Source: Gnetum montanum (Eukaryota > Plantae > Gnetophyta). From it: a stretch of 64,000 nt of DNA. Location: positions 493,822 to 557,821 of the forward strand of contig MNCI01001248.1 of NCBI GenBank assembly GCA_015680685.1. Direction: 5' to 3'. Below the pieces are notes generated by a model. That model worked only from the letters and a program-made list of their open reading frames with translations, did not search any database and was not told where the DNA came from. A program made the translations under genes and the position numbers. Positions 11,847 to 25,455 of this stretch are shown here, one piece after another (the stretch's first letter is position 1; every line of letters starts with the position of its first letter).

Positions 11847-13582
11847 TATAGTGACCAAAAACGTCGGTAGCTAGAAAACATCGGGGGTTAGCAGATGCGA
11901 CAGTTCCAACCCCATATCCATGGGAGAGCCGTGTTGGGTGTGTGTGGATACAAGGTGCCTTGAACGGTCTGGTAGATCATACAGGGACTTACATTGACGT
12001 CAATATAGCTTTTGCAATGTAAATAATGTGGAATATGAGATAATGCTTGAAAGTAAATAAAGCAAAAAAGAAACTGTGAAAAATACGACAGTAATGCGAC
12101 ATAATCCTTCAAGGTGAATAAAATAGAAAATGATGCAAAACAAGACAAAAAAAAAGAAATAAAGTAAAGTGTAGTTAGAAACATTCACTGCTTTGAGGCT
12201 ACAACGCTACTCAATCAGTGTGGATATAATCGATTACACAGCATGATGGGGTGCAAATATCCTGAGAGTAACCAGGACATGTCAAGAAAAAGGGCTATGT
12301 GCTTGGATGCAGACTTGGATGCAAGTAATATAGGATTCTACCAAGGTAGTAGAATAGGGATAGGACTCCACACCAACTAAGAAAGACTCACTGTTTGCAG
12401 TGTCAAACAAAGAACTTCTGCTATAATGCCGGAGAGAGGAGAGATCTTTGTTTTTAAAAAAATGGTTCACACCACTTGAAAGTTGTTTATTTCAAGGAAA
12501 TGCAAACTTCTTTTAAGGTTGCCAATTTTTTAGGAATTGCAAACCTTTTCAAATTGCGTGTGCTTCTCAAAATTACCGACTTATTATATGTGGTTTGTTG
12601 GGATATTTATAGGGCTAAAGGTAAGCGAAAAGGGACAGTTTAAATGCTACGTGCTGTAGGCCTGTGTCGTCTTACTGGTGCCACTTGAGCCATCTATGAT
12701 CATTGGGCCTACAAGACTATTGTGATACAAACCTACCATGTAATAACTGCAATCCTACCATGCCGTAATCGCGCCATCAGCATCTAGAGACATGTGCCAA
12801 CGGTTCGATTAGGTGGAGTGCATTGATGTTGTACAACCACCTGCATGCCTCGCTGTGCTTTGTGATGTAGCATGCTTGTGTAGTGTAGCACCTTGTCACG
12901 CGTTCTATTATCTATAACATGCTTGCTATGCTATGCTACACTATGTAACATAGAGTAGCATAGCAGCTTGCCTTAGTCGCAAGAGTTTTTCCAATTTGCA
13001 AACTTTGTTTCTTGCAATGCAAGTCTTGAGAACGTCATTGACTCTGCCTTTTGAACCACCTTCTATCTCTCCTGTAGGATTGCTACGCCTCACTGCGCCA
13101 TGTATCTTAGTGTAGCGTAGTAGCAAACATGGTCCGTCACTTCCTAATGAAAAGCGACAGCATTGCAGAACTTGAAATGGGGCGAGGGGAGTGACTAGTG
13201 AAGCCATTGCCATGCTACACTGCGTGGTGTAGCATAGCGTAGCACTTCATTCCACCAACATTTTCTGAAGCTTTATATGCTATGTAGCATAGCATAGTGT
13301 AGCTAGCTTTGTAACTTAGAAAACTTGCCGAACTATTTTTTTTTGCATCCAGAGTGCTGTTGCCAACTCTGTGCACTACTTCTGATCAGGTCACCGACTA
13401 GGCAGGCTACTTTGGTGCATAGGCAGGATGATGTAGAGCTTATTCATGCCCAAATTAGAAAATTTGTTGAACTATCTAGCTTGAGCTCAGAACGTTCTTC
13501 TCCTAAAGAACTGATGTAGTGCTGCGCAGATTTGCCATGCCCGATGAAGTGAGAATGACTTTGCATTTTTTGGGGTGTTTCA
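11847..13582 (-). repeat. Element A 5' LTR (about 1.74 kb)
   Basis: Starts TGAAACACC, ends 6 nt before the PBS, TATAAATA on - at about 12605-12612; colinear with the LTR of D (41875-43600). Confidence 0.85.
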
Positions 13583-15079
13583 CTCGCATGAAAAAATAGC
13601 TCACTTCATCTTTGAAAGAATCAACAATGGAGACCATTTCGGTCATGGAGACGATAGGGGTTAAGGTAATCAATAGATCCAGTAGACCAGCATTGATTAG
13701 GCAAGTAATAACATGTTGAGATGCCTTAGTATGCAATCATCACTGTCCATCTTTCATCTCCCCGAATTTCATGAACAAAGTACCCTCGGTACGCCCAGTC
13801 ACGAAGACAATCCCACCTAGGGTAACATCTGATGCAATGATATGTTAAACAAAAGATTAAAATCATGATAAACAATGGGGTAGCAAGGACAAAATAAGGC
13901 TCAAAACATAATCACTTACCACTAACAAATGGATCAGGCATACTTGGCATTGGATCAACCATTGGAGGAAACACGGGACCATTACGGGATCAATCTTTAT
14001 GTAGCCACCCTTGAGCTTCACACCACTCAAAGGTCCTAGAATACTGTTTGTGATAATGGACAATTGCACCCTTGGTTTGGGCTAAAATGGCACCACAAAG
14101 AGTGGGGCCCACCAGAAAAGCCTCCAAGGCTATATGTGTCAAGTCAAGTCCATCATCATTCCTACGCACTCCATCTTCATCAAATCAAGGCCTGTAAAGA
14201 AACAATGATAAAACATCAACAATAGTATAAATTCAAAACAAGTAAAATAAAGGACAAATCGAAAGAGCTTACCTTTCTACCCTGTACACTATTCTAGGTG
14301 CATTTTGGAATAATATATGTACACAGAAAGCTAGGAAGAGGGTACTACTGCTGTTGCAGTGGTTGCAAGATTGTAACTCCCACACACAAGTCAAAGGGTG
14401 GCTAGATTGAGGATCTTCTACAGGACCATAATCAACTTTAAATAGCCCTTCATCCACATCAACAAAAAATGGCAATATACCATTGGATGAACCAGGTAGT
14501 ATGGTTTCAACAACACTATGAGCCATTTCTTCACTCAGATGAGACCAAAGCAAGACACTGAAGCCCTGCAAGATAAAGGATAGAAACTCACTAGCACTTG
14601 GGCGAAACCATAATGCTTGTGACCCAATCTCTATGTCATGTGGAGGTGCATCAGGCTCCATGGCACTGAACCATGTCAGTACACCTATGAGCGCCACCAC
14701 CAAGAGAAAGGGTCTAAGGCCCATGCACATAGCTAGAAATTAATATAAGCATATATAAAACATAAAATCCAAAACACATAGAACACATAAAACCTACATC
14801 CTGGAGTTAAGATGATAAACTAACACCATACCCAACCCACCACTTAAAACATAAATAACACTTACGTCCTAGCGTCATGATGGTAAACTAACACCACACT
14901 TAGTCCTAGAATTATGACTTAAAACTGATACCAACCCATTTTGCAAACACATAAAATAATTCCCCAGTGGATGAGATATTTTAACAATCGCTGTAGAGAT
15001 ACTTGATTGCATATAAACATGTAAATTATTCATAGAAAATAGTTTACACTAACACTTACGTGTAGACTTAATCCACTGG

Positions 15080-15245
15080 ACACTTAGACAAATCTTCAAT
15101 GTTCACATGCTAGATACTTAGAAAAATTTTCAATGTTCACACGAAGCACACTTACACAAATTTTTAGTGTTCACATGCTACATACTTAGACAAATTTTTA
15201 ATCTTCACACGAAGCACACTTAGACAAATTTTTAGTATTCATACA
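15080..15245 (+). repeat. Minisatellite, about 5 x 34 bp, in the long first intron of the element C antisense gene
   Basis: Repeated CACTTAGACAAATTTTTARTGTTCACA(TGCTA/CGAAG). Confidence 0.8.
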
Positions 15246-16189
15246 CTACCAACTTGACACGCTGGACATTTAGAAGAAAATTATACTTAGCTTTCACACG
15301 TCCTCATAAGCACAAGGTACTTGGTTAGCGGAGGTCTACATTAATTTGACTGATCAAAGGTGTTAGGCTCCCAAATTTACCAAGCCCTTCGTAACAACTA
15401 GTTTACTATTGGCATCTAAACAAATTAGTGCTAGGAGCACCCACAAATATTTTAGAAAATGTGTTGGGGAGGGCTTGAACCAAAATGTCATTGAAGGAGG
15501 GCTAGTTTATGTTACACCCATAGTTAAAATAGTGGTTAGCCCACATTATCTTAGATGCTGGAAAAGTGACTCATGTTGCAGAGGTGAGATACTCACACTA
15601 CATACAAGATGGAAATAACTCAAGATAAAATGCAAATAACTCATGACTAGCTCTTCCCTGGATTCCTACTACTCCTACATTCCTTACGTGAGCTAAGCTT
15701 ACATAAGTTATTTCTAATCTCATCCTGAAGGATTATGTAATGTTTGAAGGCCCAACTCACACTATGCCCATGAACACAAATTCCCACATGTGCTAGTCAC
15801 ACCAATACCAAGGTATGCTCATGCCACAACTTAGGGGAGTAACTCACACTTAAGTTTTGCACCAAAATACACTACTAGGGATTGAGATCTAGATAAGGGT
15901 ATAAGAAAAGATCAATTCCTCTCCCTTTTCTACCCATTGGTAACCAAAACTCGAGATCAATCACTGCCAAGGGTCTCATTCGTTCAAGAGGTGGGGCCAA
16001 CCAATATAATGGATAGCATGTGAGCCTTGTGTTTCATATTGCTATTTGTGCTAGTCGAGAAGAGAATTTTTGATTTTTTGATTGAAAATAATATGACCTA
16101 CTATTGTTTGCATGGATCGAATAATGAGCTTTCTATGTATTCTTTAGATAATGGTTGTTACGTATATTTAGCGTTTTCTCTTAAAGTAA

Positions 16190-17100
16190 GTGAACTCACC
16201 CAGTAAACAAAAGTTTTCCACGCTGTGAGTATGGAAAAAAAGACACTCACGCTAGGTATCAAAAATAATACCATTACTCACGCTGAACAAAAATACCATT
16301 GCTCAAGCTAAATAAGAGGCTTAACTCATGTTGGACATTTGAAACTCATGCTACATACTGAAATCAAACATGGTAAGGCCAGAATATTTTACTCACGCTA
16401 TTGGGCCATAAAATCATGCTATTGTGGGAGGCCAAAGAATATTCACTCACATTTTTAAGGAAGCCTGAGTCACTCACATAGTGTACGCGAAGTCAGGTGC
16501 TCGTATTCATTCAAAATAAAAAATTTACGCTGAGGATGGGAAATCCTATACTCACACTGATACTGAAAGCCTGTACGCATGTTGATACTAAAAGCCTGTA
16601 CTCATGATGATACCGAATGGGGCCTATACTCATGCTAATAATAATCTTACCTCAAACAGAAAACACTCACATTGGAATATTCGCTCACGATGATGATTGG
16701 ATTGCAGACTCACATTGCCTATGATCCTATATTCATCCTCACACTGATTTTGGCTTATTATTCATGCGGGTTTTATCTCCATAAACTCACGTTGATGCTG
16801 GGACAGGCACTCACACTAATGTTTGGTCCTATACTCATGCTAACGCTGATCTTAGCACCATATTCATGTTGATCTTTAAGTCATGTACTCATGTTGAATG
16901 AGGCCCTATACACGCGATGATGATAATTCCATCTATGAACTCATGCTAAATGGAGCCAAGAAATATCCATGATTTATGGGCCATACCAAATGACCAAAGA
17001 TAGGTACTCATACTATTCTATTTCCCCCACGATCCCAAAACCAGGCGTTCAAACCCTCATGCACTAGCCCTGGAACTACAACTCACACTAGGAACACAAA
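16190..17100. repeat. Degenerate array of ACTCACGCT/ACTCATGCT motifs at 20-35 bp spacing
   Basis: More than 20 copies of ACTCAYRYT variants read directly. Confidence 0.75.
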
Positions 17101-18496
17101 CCCTACAATTCATGGTAAGGAAAAAAAATTCGCAGAAACCTTGGCCCTCCCCAAAATCACAAAAATGAAATGTACCCAAAAATATGGCTTTTTTTGTCAT
17201 GCACGCTGCCTATGGACATGCATCACTCATGCTCAAAATGATCAGGTCCCAAGAAAATGCAAATCAGGGACAATGCAGTCTAGAAGTTAACTACCCATGT
17301 TAAGGAAATTAAATCATATGGAAGACACCATTCACAGGAAAGATTTATCCCAAAAAAGACCATTTTGAACACATGCTATAAATGCCCAGGGTGCACATGC
17401 TACATAGTCACACGCCGCACAGGGATGTCTATTCCGTACACATGGAAAAAATAACAAAAAATAGCAAGAAAAAGGTAAATAAAGCATGAAACAAGAGTGT
17501 ACCTGTACACAAACCCTATCCATGAAGGGATCTTGGGCTGAGGAAGGTGTTGAAGCATCTCCTCGCTTTCCTCCATGAACACTAGCATCGCCTCCTTCTT
17601 TCCCTTGCCCTTGTCTTATTTTCCTTTACCCATTTTGCCCCAGACGTTGCAGATCTGATCCCGTACGCTGTAGATCTGGATGTTATAGCTACAGATCCGG
17701 CTTAGAATGTTGTAGATCTGGGTGCAGTACTTATTCATGCTCCCCTCTAGGATGCTACACACTGCCATACACACTCTGATTCTGCCTCTGATGTCGATTG
17801 TATGCTACTCACCTTGATTACACTGCCACTGTTGCCTTGTTTCCAATACTCACGCTGTAAAATGATGAAATGAATTTTACTTTTACTAGTCAAACATTTT
17901 TAATTTCCCCCCTTTATTTTATATATTTTACCATTACTTTTATTACCACATTGTTTTGATGCTAACCTCCTAGGTAAAACACCCGCACCGTAAAAGTAAA
18001 AATTTTAAAATACTAGTAAAATATACATAATGTTACTTCTTCTCTTATGTTGGCCCATCATTAATAACATCCAAAAGGAAAAACAAAATAAAATAAAATA
18101 TTTACTTTCGATTATGTTAACCCCTTTGGGCAATACCAAACTATAAAAGCTTTTAAAAACAAGGTAAAATACATAATATTATTCTTTGTTATTTCAATTA
18201 TGCTGAACCCTTTTTTTTATCAATGCCCAAGCCTTAAAATTAAACAAAAAATATAAAATTTTTTCTTGTACACACACATGGCATGACATGGCCTTAAACT
18301 ACCACTCATGGCTCAGTATGACCTTAAACTGCCACCCCAGCCTAGTACGGCCTTGAACTACCATACGTCCAGGCATGACGGTATACTACCCTTGGTATAC
18401 AATTGCTTAAATTTAAATGCAAAATCAATTCCTTAAGAAAAAATAAGAAGAATAAAACTCACCCTTGCTGACATAGCTCCCTATTTCATTGGCAAG

Positions 18497-21400
18497 AGCA
18501 AATACATGGATAGCAAGAAAATCTTCATACTGTTGTCTATCAATGGACCACATGGAGCAATTAAATGAGAAATCAATCTAGAGTCCATTGATTTAGACTC
18601 CCCAACATATGATAATTTAGTGGCATCAACACAAGAAACACTAGATTGCTTTAAAGGAATGACAAAGTCCAAAAGATCTCCTATCCGAAGTCCCCATAAC
18701 TACGTCAGATGACGAGGTTAAAATTTTAAAACTAAGTACTCTATTAAGTCCACAACTTGCTAGTAACATAACTTGAGTGCTAAAAGAAAACATGAAATCA
18801 TTCACTTGGTCATCCACTGACATGCCTGGGCTTGACCCTTGAATAGTCTAACATAACATTATACTTGGTCCAAAACTAAGACCAGTGAAACAAAAGGCAT
18901 GCAAGGTGAACGCTGAAGTAGCGTTGGCAGTTCGCAATGAGATCACGAAGCTTTATCAAGATGGTTTCATCCAAGTAGTGAACTACGCTGATTGAGTATC
19001 CAACATGGTTATAGTCCCAAAGAAGAATGGGAGCATTCATCTATGTATTGACTTCTATGACCTCAACATTGCAACCATAAAAGATAACTTCCTGCTACCT
19101 AGCATTGATCAACTTGTTGATTCAACCACTAGGCATGCATTGTTATCCTTTATGGATGGCTTTTCAAGATACAACCAGATTAGGATCAACCCCGAACATC
19201 AACTCAAGATAATCTTTATGACACCATGGGGTACATTTTGTTATACGATGATGTCATTCGGTCTCAAGAACATCAGGGCTACATATCAATGAGCAATGAC
19301 ATTCATCTTTAGTGATTACATGTTCAACTTTCTCAATGACTATGTGGATGACATTGCGGTCAAATAGAAAAAAAATCAGCAACATGTACAAGATCTGGAC
19401 TTGGTACTAAAATGTTGTCTAAAATATGAGTTTAGACTCAACCCAAAGAAATGTGTCTTTGGGGTCAAAATAGGAAAAATGCTTAGATTCATTGTATCTG
19501 AGACAGGAATACAAGTAGATCCGGATAAGGTTAAGGCAATAACAAATTTGAAACCACCTAGAAACCTTACTAAACTTCGTGGTCTACAAGGTAGATTATA
19601 GTTTATTAGATGCTTCATTGAAAACTTGACAGACAAGTTAAGACCTATGAAACACTTATTGCCCAAGAATGTCCATTTTGAATGGACTCCACAGTGCCAA
19701 GAAGCCTTTGAGAATATCAAAACAAAACTAGCTCAACTGCCGATAGTTTATTCACCATAGAATAATAAACCATTTTACATCTACCTTGCAACATCTGATT
19801 CATCCATCGTGTCTATGCTTTTTCAGAAACATGAGGATGGAACTGAAATCCCTATTTACTACTTGAGCCATGCATTAGTAGCCTATGAAGAACATTACAA
19901 TGATGTGGAGAGGTCATGCCTTTCCCTTATATTTTCTTTAAAGAAGTGGCAACATTATCTCTTCCATAACCAAGTTAATATCATCTGTAAAGACAACATG
20001 CTCAGAGCTATCATGAACAACATATATGAATCAAGCAAGATAGCTAGATGGAAAGTGATGATTGCTGAGTTTAACCTACACTACATAGCTCAATCATTAG
20101 TTAAAGGTCAAGTTGTAGTCAATCAAATGACCACATCACCGATGCAAGACCAAGCAACGATCAACCCAGAGTTTCCCGATGAGAAACTAAACACAATAGA
20201 CAGAGTACCTAATAACTATGATTCCATATTAAACTTTGATGAAGCATCGACCTCCCAAGGAGGAAGTGCTACAGCAGTCATCACATATCCCTTTGGGGAG
20301 ATTCGACCCTTTGCTTATTGTTTAAACTTTCCTTGTCCTAACAACATTGTAGAGTACGAAGGTCTTCTTAGAGGCCTCATGGTAGCACTACCTTCGAAAA
20401 CTACATGGCTCGTAGTTAGAGGCAACTCACAGTTAGTCATCAATCAGGTCACAGACATATATGCATGTAAAGCTTTACATTTACAACCATACTATGACTT
20501 GAAAAAACACCTGCTGAAACAATTCACAAACATAGATGTGCAACATGTTTCCAGAAATGACAATACCATCATAGATGAACTTGCAACACTAGCCCTAAAC
20601 ATTTCACTTGACATGTTTCATGCTTTTCCCAATTCCATAATGAGTTGTGCCAAGCCCATAACTGACGCTCCCAATGAACTACCCATAGCATCCGTTAGCA
20701 AAACACATGTCATGGAATGGTACAATGACATAAAGGAGTACCTTCTACATGGTGAACCACCTCAACATCTAACGAATTCTTAGAAGGACGTAGTGCAGAA
20801 ATGCTCTGCATAGTATGCACTAGTAGGGAACACGTTATGTCGTAGATCCTATGAAGGCATTTTGTTAGTGTGCGTTAGTAGCATCGATGCCCAAACCATT
20901 GTGGAGCAAGTTCATGAAGGACTTTGCAAAGGGCAGATAGCACCCAAGGTAATGGAAACCAAAATTAGACGTTTAGGCTACTATTGGCCACACATGGAGT
21001 ACGACTGTTTCTCCAAAGTAAAAACATGCAACATCTATCAAAAACATGGTAATCTCATACATGTACCACCCAATGAGTTGCATACAGCTCAAATCACATG
21101 GCCTTTCCAGCAATGGGGATTAGACATCATAGGAGCAATAACTCCCCCATCTTCCATAGGACATAGCTTCATTATAACCACAATGGAATATTTCACAAAA
21201 TGGGTAGAAGTTATTCCTCTTAGGAAGACAACATCAAAACAAGTATGCAACTTCATCCTTGAAAACATTGTGACTTGTTTTGGCATTCCAATGACCATAA
21301 TCACTGATAACGGGCCACAATTCAATAGTGTCAAAACCAAAACCTTTTGTGAGAGTCAAGGCATCAAACATTCATTTTTATCACCATACTATCCTCAGAG

Positions 21401-21950
21401 CAACGATCAAGCAGAATCCATGAACAAAATGGTCATCATGGTGCTCAAGAAAATGCTTAATCAGAGCAAACAAAGATGGCACAAACAACTATTTTACACA
21501 CTATGGGAATGTTTAATGACCACAAAACATCCATTGGTAAAACACCATACAATATTTTTTATGGTTTAGAAGCTTTTTTACCTTTGGAGTTGTAGGTACC
21601 TGCGATGTAGATCACACTCTCTGGACTCCTTGATGAAAGTCAAAATAATGACTCGTGCATTGTTGACCTTGACTCAGTGGAGGAGGAACAAACACGCACA
21701 CTAGATCAAATCAAGTGGTACCAAAAGCAAAAATGATGGTGACATCAACATGACATTTAAAAGTTCCCAATCAAGGAAGGTGACCTTGTCCTTAAGGTAG
21801 TCCAAGAACACATGGACAAATTCTTGGCCAACTGGGAAGGGCCTTACCTAGTCACGAAAGCATACGAAAATGGAGCATTCCAACTAGATGATATGGATGG
21901 TAACAAGCTTTCTCATCCAAACAATCACATGTATCTCAAGCCATTTTACG
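18497..21950 (+). pseudogene. Element C pol: RT, RNase H, additional archaeal-type RNase H, integrase (decayed)
   Basis: ORFs 19005-19292 (LSFMDGFSRYNQI), 19401-19601, 19809-20783 (PIYYLSHAL; NNIVEYEGLLRGL..VRGNSQLVINQV aRH), 20862-21569 (WPFQQWGLDIIG, ITDNGPQF), 21812-22003 (ANWEGPY). Confidence 0.95.
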
Positions 21951-21977
21951 TCTTAACAAAGCCTAAGGTATGCATTC

Positions 21978-22282
21978 GTCTTAGCATCATTATGATAAAC
22001 TGATACCATAGATTCGTCTTAGTATCATGAAGATAAATTGATACCATAGAGTGGTCCTGGGGTGATGACCTAAAATTGATACCACAGATCATCTAGAATG
22101 ATAGTAAACTACCACCTCTCATATGATAGAGTCCACTAAGACTATAAACTAGCTTGCCTCTCCACAGTTGGCCATGACTATAAACTAGCATTTAACTATC
22201 CGCTACGACGCTAAACTGGCAGCATCCAATGGGTTATGACATAAAACTAATCCACAACAGTCCACCAAAACTATAAACTGGA
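21978..22282 (+). repeat. Post-integrase array of about 9 short stem-loop units with an 11-nt NGAYNNNAAAC loop (element C)
   Basis: e.g. GTATCA-TGAAGATAAAT-TGATAC, GCTA-CGACGCTAAAC-TGGC, GGGTTA-TGACATAAAAC-TAATCC. Confidence 0.8.
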
Positions 22283-22953
22283 AACTTTTTCATTGGCCTA
22301 CTAATCTTTTTCTATAATCAAATGGCATATCTTCATCAACCTGATGCATGAATTCATTGCATAGACTCTAAAAATATTACTGTTTCTTAATTTTGTTTGC
22401 CTACGATTGCACACGGTGTCTCCATCACAATCAGTTGCATCCATGTTTAAAGTGTTAAGCTAACTCATTTATTCGTGGCTTTCTTTTCTTCTTGGAGTTG
22501 TGCTTGCAGGATGACTCCTAGAGGTGTTCGTAAATGGATGCACTTCATCACGGTGACGAGGTACCACATTGTTCCTCATGCATGTAACCAAGTTAATCAA
22601 ACCCACAAGTACATTCTTAGTTCCCCAAACATCCCTATATTCCCTAACATGTTCTCTCTACCCTATTCAGTTACATTTCTTGGATACATCCCAGTCACCC
22701 CAAAACCCTGAACACATGGTTGCACACTGTAACTCTCCAGGTAGTTACAACACATAGCACAACACATGAAATAGATACAAGCACACGAGCATGAGTATAA
22801 CATTGAAAGAGAGCTCTGTCCAAAATCAAAAAAAGAGAAAATTAAAAAATAAAAAAAATCAAAGAGAAAAATCCATCACAAGACTCTTGGTGCTTCCCAT
22901 ACAAGCCCTAGGTAGGAAGGTACTTGTCTTGGAAGAAAACACTCATGTCTCAT

Positions 22954-23253
22954 NNNNNNNNNNNNNNNNNNNNNNNNNNNNNNNNNNNNNNNNNNNNNNN
23001 NNNNNNNNNNNNNNNNNNNNNNNNNNNNNNNNNNNNNNNNNNNNNNNNNNNNNNNNNNNNNNNNNNNNNNNNNNNNNNNNNNNNNNNNNNNNNNNNNNNN
23101 NNNNNNNNNNNNNNNNNNNNNNNNNNNNNNNNNNNNNNNNNNNNNNNNNNNNNNNNNNNNNNNNNNNNNNNNNNNNNNNNNNNNNNNNNNNNNNNNNNNN
23201 NNNNNNNNNNNNNNNNNNNNNNNNNNNNNNNNNNNNNNNNNNNNNNNNNNNNN
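22954..23253. other. Assembly gap (300 N)
   Basis: Run of N. Confidence 1.
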
Positions 23254-23259
23254 GACTAA

Positions 23260-25455
23260 TGAAACACCAAAAAATTTTGGCCTAGCACTTTTGGACAAGA
23301 ATCAAGCTAAGTCATGCTACTGCCCAACATGAGTATAGCGTGACCAAACTTGAGAGCCTCCAAAATGACATGAAATGACACACAATGGAGTGAGAAATGG
23401 AGCACACAAGGTCCCCTATGGGCCCAAAGATGATTACAGCAAGTCTTAGCATAAAAAATCAAGAGTTTCAACCCCAAAAAGTGCAAGTTTAATCACACAC
23501 ACTTTGGTCACACTGCCCAGCATATCACCAGTGTGTGTACAGCGTGACCAACTTTTGGAGCCCCAAAATCAGGTCCAAATAGCCCAGATTCGAGCACATG
23601 GATCCTCCATAAGCTTAATTGGTGCCCCCTGTAGCTCCAAACCTTCAGAACTCTAAGATTCAACCCCAAAAATCACATGTTTTAAGTCACTCTCGATTAG
23701 TCACGCTGAGGTCATGCTACACAGCATGACCACAACGTGATTAAATAAGAACAACTTAATTTAGAAACCTCCAGGTAGAATTTCAACATGAATTCAACTC
23801 TCGAGAGCTAGGCAAAAATTGTCCATGTTCATAGGTGCCAGAAAATAAAAATTTGGGTCTCAAATATGACACTTTTAGGTGTTCATGCTAGGGTCACATT
23901 TTGGTCATGCTATACAGTGTGACCACAACATGACCAACCAAAAATAGCTGAAACCAAGTAGTTTTGAAAAAATTTTCATCATGGACTACATCCCTAGAGG
24001 ATAGGCAACAAGCCTACTTACTCACAGGCCCCTGAAAATCCAAATTTAGGCTTCAAATAAAACATTTTTAGTTAGTCAAATTGAGCTCAAGCTGCACAGC
24101 ATGACCACATCATGACAAAAAAATGGTAAAATAAGCAGTTTTAGAGAGCATCTTCAACATCTGGGCAACCCCTAAGGATCGACAACACTCATACATGTTC
24201 GCAGGCTTTAAAAATTTATGATTTGGGATTCAAATATGCCATTTAAGCTTGGTCACACTAGGGCCACACTTTGGTCATGTTGCACAATGTAAGCACAGCG
24301 TGACCAAACTAAATAGGCCTGAAACAAAAACAAAACAGGGTCGAAATCAATACCTAGACCACCCTGGAGAACAAGCAACAGTCAGGCATCAAAAAAGGGG
24401 ATCAATGTCCAAAAATTAGTTCAAAATAGAGTATGAATACTTGGTCATGCTGGGATCATAGTTTGGTCATGCTGCACAACGTGACCAACCAAAACAGAGC
24501 CAAAACAGCCTCTGAATAAGCTCAAATTTGATAAGTAGCACCCTCTAGACCTTAGGCATCTAGATCCATTCTTCAAATAGGCTTTAGAGATCAAAAGTGG
24601 GCTTGAAATTCATCATTTTTATTTTATACACTAGATGATCACACACCAGATGTTGGATGCTAACACTAAGATGCCAGGACATGCTAGACCATAGTTTCAA
24701 GAGGCCAAAGACACAATTCTTTGTTGTAACATAAATATTATTTAGTAAATTTCAAAGTCTTTCAGCATGCCAAGGTCATATTCTATGGGTTTCATACACC
24801 AGCGTAAAAGTTGGTCATGTTAGACACTGTACATTGTAACATTTCATGCATCCGGTCAATGCACACACCTGTCACCGAATCCAAATTTTTCTCACCTCGT
24901 AGCCACTGATCTTCTCCCAGATCCGAATCTCATTTCCAAAATCTTATAAATATCCTATTTTTCCACTAGATCATGGTTCAAAAAACTGGAATCTCACACA
25001 CTTAGGAAATTTGGGCATCAATCTCATACATTGGGCTTCATACAGACCTGGGTGCTGCACACCTGCAATCCAAAACCTACATCTTCCCAACATCCGTTCT
25101 CATCCATCGAGGCTAAACATCCACCTTGCAACCAATCCATGACTGTGTTCTGACTAGTGCATATTGAAATTATTTATCAATATAAATAGTTTGCATTATT
25201 TCCCATATTCTTGTGGTTTACATTCATTTTCATTTATTTACGTTCTGTTTTACATTTGTTTACGTATAACCCAATGCATCATGATTTCATACGTCAGGGA
25301 AGTCCTTGTTTGATCTACATGTAGACCATTCAAGGCACTCTACCTCTATTGACTTCTAGCTTACCCTCAGACGAAGGCATGGTCTTACTGTTTTGTTCGT
25401 AGATCTCTCGGTGTCTTTTCATTCCAGCCTCTCACTGACGATTTCGAATGGTATA
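23260..25455 (+). repeat. Element C 3' LTR (about 2.2 kb) with internal degenerate repeats and GGTCACGCTG/CAGCGTGACC dyads
   Basis: Starts TGAAACACCA; TATAAATA at about 24945; 3' end TTCCAGCCT..GATTTCGAATGGTATA is homologous to the element E LTR end. Confidence 0.82.

Larger units (their letters stand above)
1..13582 (-). mobile_element. Element A: Tat-type Ty3/gypsy LTR retrotransposon, 5' part (5'LTR-PBS-gag-PR-[antisense gene]-RT); continues beyond the left edge; inserted into the antisense gene of element C
   Basis: LTR start TGAAACACCCC on - at 13582, tRNA-Asn PBS 11823-11840, gag/PR/RT remnants on the - strand; the LTR end cuts the homologous frame of element C at 13582/13583. Confidence 0.9.
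13583..17633 (-). pseudogene. Element C antisense spliced gene, exons 1-4 (exon 4 interrupted by element A)
   Basis: Exons 17633-17503, about 14722-14273 (RPFLLVVALIGVL..IEIGSQALWFRPSASEFLSFILQGFSVLLWSH), 14191-13920 and 13828-13583 (AGLLDLLITL..MVSIVDSFKDEV); donors AG|GTACAC, AG|GTAAG, G|GTAAGT; homologous to A/B exons. Confidence 0.82.
13583..25455 (+). mobile_element. Element C: Tat-type retrotransposon, 3' part ([antisense gene exons 1-4]-RT-RH-aRH-INT-3'UTR-3'LTR), inserted in the 3' region of element B
   Basis: pol on +, antisense spliced gene on -, 3' LTR 23260-25455; a 300-N gap lies between the 3'UTR and the LTR, so continuity there is assumed. Confidence 0.8.

Noticed and set aside
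15300-16190. Solo LTR/MITE inside the C intron
   Set aside because: No TG..CA ends, TIRs or TSD could be identified by eye; left unassigned
21978-22282. Hammerhead ribozyme/retrozyme array (TGA..RAAAC, GTC)
   Set aside because: No CUGANGA core and no three-stem arrangement; only single hairpins
22791-23298. ORFs of 111-164 aa in the ORF track
   Set aside because: Artefacts of reading through the 300-N gap
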